Shown: piece after piece, positions 61,492-64,000 of the stretch
Position numbering within the stretch: position 1 is the first letter of the stretch
How the letters are laid out: every line of letters begins with the position of its first letter
DNA from: Azolla caroliniana
Taxonomy: Eukaryota > Plantae > Polypodiophyta
Length of the DNA: 64,000 bases
Direction of reading: 5' to 3'
Assembly: GCA_043228905.1 (NCBI GenBank)
Contig: JBHGNT010000017.1
Span: 17,422,001 to 17,486,000 of the forward strand
Position numbers and translations under genes: made by a program
The notes under the pieces: generated by a model
The model's database searches: none
What the model was told of the DNA's origin: nothing
Seen by the model: the letters and a program-made list of their open reading frames with translations, nothing else

Positions 61492-63002
61492 CTTTGATGA
61501 GCATCCAACCTAAATTCTAGCTCGACGTTTTCTAGCTGTTTTCAAACATCTGACATAGGCTTTCAATTCATCAGGATTTCAGTGGCCGTAGAAGCTTCCC
61601 AGCAATGGGCTTTACAATAAGGGCAATTGTAATAAGAATTTGTTATTTTATGCATGAAATTGACAAAAAAAATTGCCGAGGACTGAGCGAGTGCATGAAT
61701 TCAGACTAGGGATATCAAATTTATGCATTTACATCATCCAAATATCCACATTAGGAATTAGAACAGTGACTGTCGTTGTCAATACCAACACACAGGGAAA
61801 ACTTGCAGGAAATCATTAAAGATCACACAGCAATTGTCTGTGTATCAATTAAAAACACTATCAGCGAACTTTCTCGTAGATACAGAAGAAAGCATGCATA
61901 TGCACATCAGTGATTCCAAATATTAGATGCTCAAGCCCTACTTAGTGCACTTTTATTGTGTTATCTTTAATACAAGTGAACAACCCCATCTCCAAGAATA
62001 TAAAGCTTCAGGGGAGCAAAGATAAAATGAAATGTATAATACCTTGGAGCTCGTGCTACATATACTCGCACGAGAAAAGCACGAATTCTCTTTATAAACA
62101 TACATCATGTTACCTTCTGTGCTTGTATAACATTTTGTTATAGCTTAATACAAGGTCAGCATAACATGAACCGACCCGAAAAATGATCGGAGAAGAAGAT
62201 ACACAAAAGTACAGAGATTACTCATACATGACTGGGTCTTCGCTTCCCGCCATCGGTTCTCATTTTCTTCACCGGTGGAGTCATAAGCCACTGACCTGAC
62301 CCCATATTAACTGGAGGTCCTCTATTAAATGGCTGAACTTGAACCTTCTCTATAGACCTCTGTCCAGAGGCAGAGGGGGTAGTAGGTAACATTCCAGCAG
62401 GGCTCGAACCACTACCACTCATACCTACTGTCCTTACTTTCTTCCCCGCTAGCTTTACACCCATTTTCATATCAGAATCCTGTATCGGTGCCTTACTTCT
62501 AACCACATTTTTATCCGGAGGTGATGTGAAATTAATTGTTCTTATCTTATTTACAACTCGTCCTCTTTCCTTCCTCTTTTTCTTGCTGAAAACAAGATCC
62601 ACCGGGTGTCTCGGCTCATCATGATCAGCCCCATTGCCTTTTCCATGCTCTGATTTCATCTTGATTCTCTCAGACGTTTTGGGGGCAACCACTGGAGCAG
62701 CTTTTGTTTTCTTGTGTGACCTTTTGATCTCGGTATTATGGGAGACCTTGCTTGGAAGCCTCTCTTCATTCGGCTCACTTGCTTTCATGGTCGGGCGTAG
62801 TGTTATGGATACAGGTACCTCTGCTTGAGGCCTTCCAATGATATGTAGTGGGCGGGAGGAAGACCCAGTATTGAGGGTGGCTTGATTTAGCCCTAATGTG
62901 CCTAGATTCCTTGTCTTTAGCGGTGCGAAATCCACGTCTGGAAAGTTATGATGGGCATGTTGGAAGAACAAAGCTTGCAGTTTCCGGATGTACGCTTTGA
63001 CC
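61492..63002 (-). other. unidentified multi-exon gene or pseudogene (large K/P/S-rich exon plus small downstream exons)
   Basis: Acceptor TTTGCAG|VKAYIRKLQALFFQHAH... opens an exon of about 258 codons ending at a GTATGA donor. Small exon-like pieces follow at about 62103-62074, 62055-62043 and 61610-61492. The last contains in-frame TGA/TAG (LGSFYGH*NPDELKAYVRCLK...). Family not recognised. Confidence 0.45.
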
Positions 63003-64000
63003 TGCAAATTAATTTTACTAATCTATTTCTTGAACATGAAGGAGACTTAAACCCAGATTAATAAACTGGCTTCATAGCTGATTCCAATATTAAACTGTAG
63101 ACATAATAAATAGGGGTATCATCACAAGATTGGTCACTTATATTTAGTGTTGACAGCACTCTATAACCCAAAGGCATGTCTAAATATCAGAATGGAGTTT
63201 CTCATTAAGTTCTCTCAAGATGTTGCATAAGGAACATGAATAAAAATTCTTAAACAAATAGAGGTGAAACGTAGCACTGATATACTAACATGAATTGTAC
63301 AAACTACACTGTACACAGTTAAATATGCAGAACAAGCACTTCAAAATGTGGACAAAAATGGAACGAACACTAAAGCAATTTGTATGCCACCATTTGGAAC
63401 GCGCATTCAAGATCAAAGGTCGCTAGACATACGAAAACTCCAACCCAGAAACATTTCGTTAGTTGGTAATGCCACAAAATTGCATATCAATGACACAATG
63501 ATGATGCTTAGTCTAAAAGTAAATTTCCAACTTCCAGGGTCGAATTACACAAGTAATCATTCATTAGCTTCAGCTTGAGAATGCAAACACATTGTGCAGC
63601 CATACACCCGGATAAGCTTAAGAAGACCAGCCACTGCGAGTAGTTCAATGTGAATAGTGGCCACTCCACATGTCAGCATCTATATAGGTAGTTCAATGCC
63701 TCAATTTGAGGACATCTTGTGATGGCTACATTTAAAACATATTCCCCACGATTTTTTGTGTTGCAGGCTGGGAGCAATTTTGACTGAACAGGTTCCCAGG
63801 CTCGAAAATGAGCTCGTATTGGCCTGTCTGTAGCTTGGAATTTGTTATATGTGCAGGTAGGATGCTGCAGGACACTAAGGAAACGTTCTGAAGGAAACTA
63901 CACTCCATGGTCATACATAATCATTTTTCAAGACTACTATTTTAAATGGGAACAAAAATACAGACTTTCCCTAACATTGACATCATGATCCTTGTATTGA

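Overview
Eukaryotic, AT-rich nuclear DNA from a seed-free vascular plant, most likely a fern. This is inferred from the style of the PLS-class PPR proteins, plant housekeeping genes with GT-AG introns, and a PKA regulatory subunit. Genes read from the sequence are: the last two exons of a cAMP-dependent protein kinase regulatory subunit; four + strand PLS-class PPR genes of E type, none with an intact DYW; NAA20 (6 exons); a multi-exon minus-strand coiled-coil protein resembling families from flagellated eukaryotes; a plastid DnaJ-like zinc-finger gene; MTA/SAH nucleosidase (8 exons); and an unidentified, partly decayed gene at the right end. An intron-containing SF3B2 pseudogene fragment not evident from the ORF track lies at about 12.1-13.1 kb. 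Mobile DNA includes a LINE 3' fragment, LTR-like relics and two inverted copies of a hAT-type MITE. A 739-bp element has perfect 112-bp TGT...ACA terminal inverted repeats, a 5-bp target-site duplication (TSD) and LTR-like internal signals. Other notable features are ten apparently identical 160-bp units in an NAA20 intron, a probable eroded DYW relic behind the first PPR gene, and a different tandem-repeat array just upstream of nearly every gene. All family assignments come from motif recognition by eye, with no database search.
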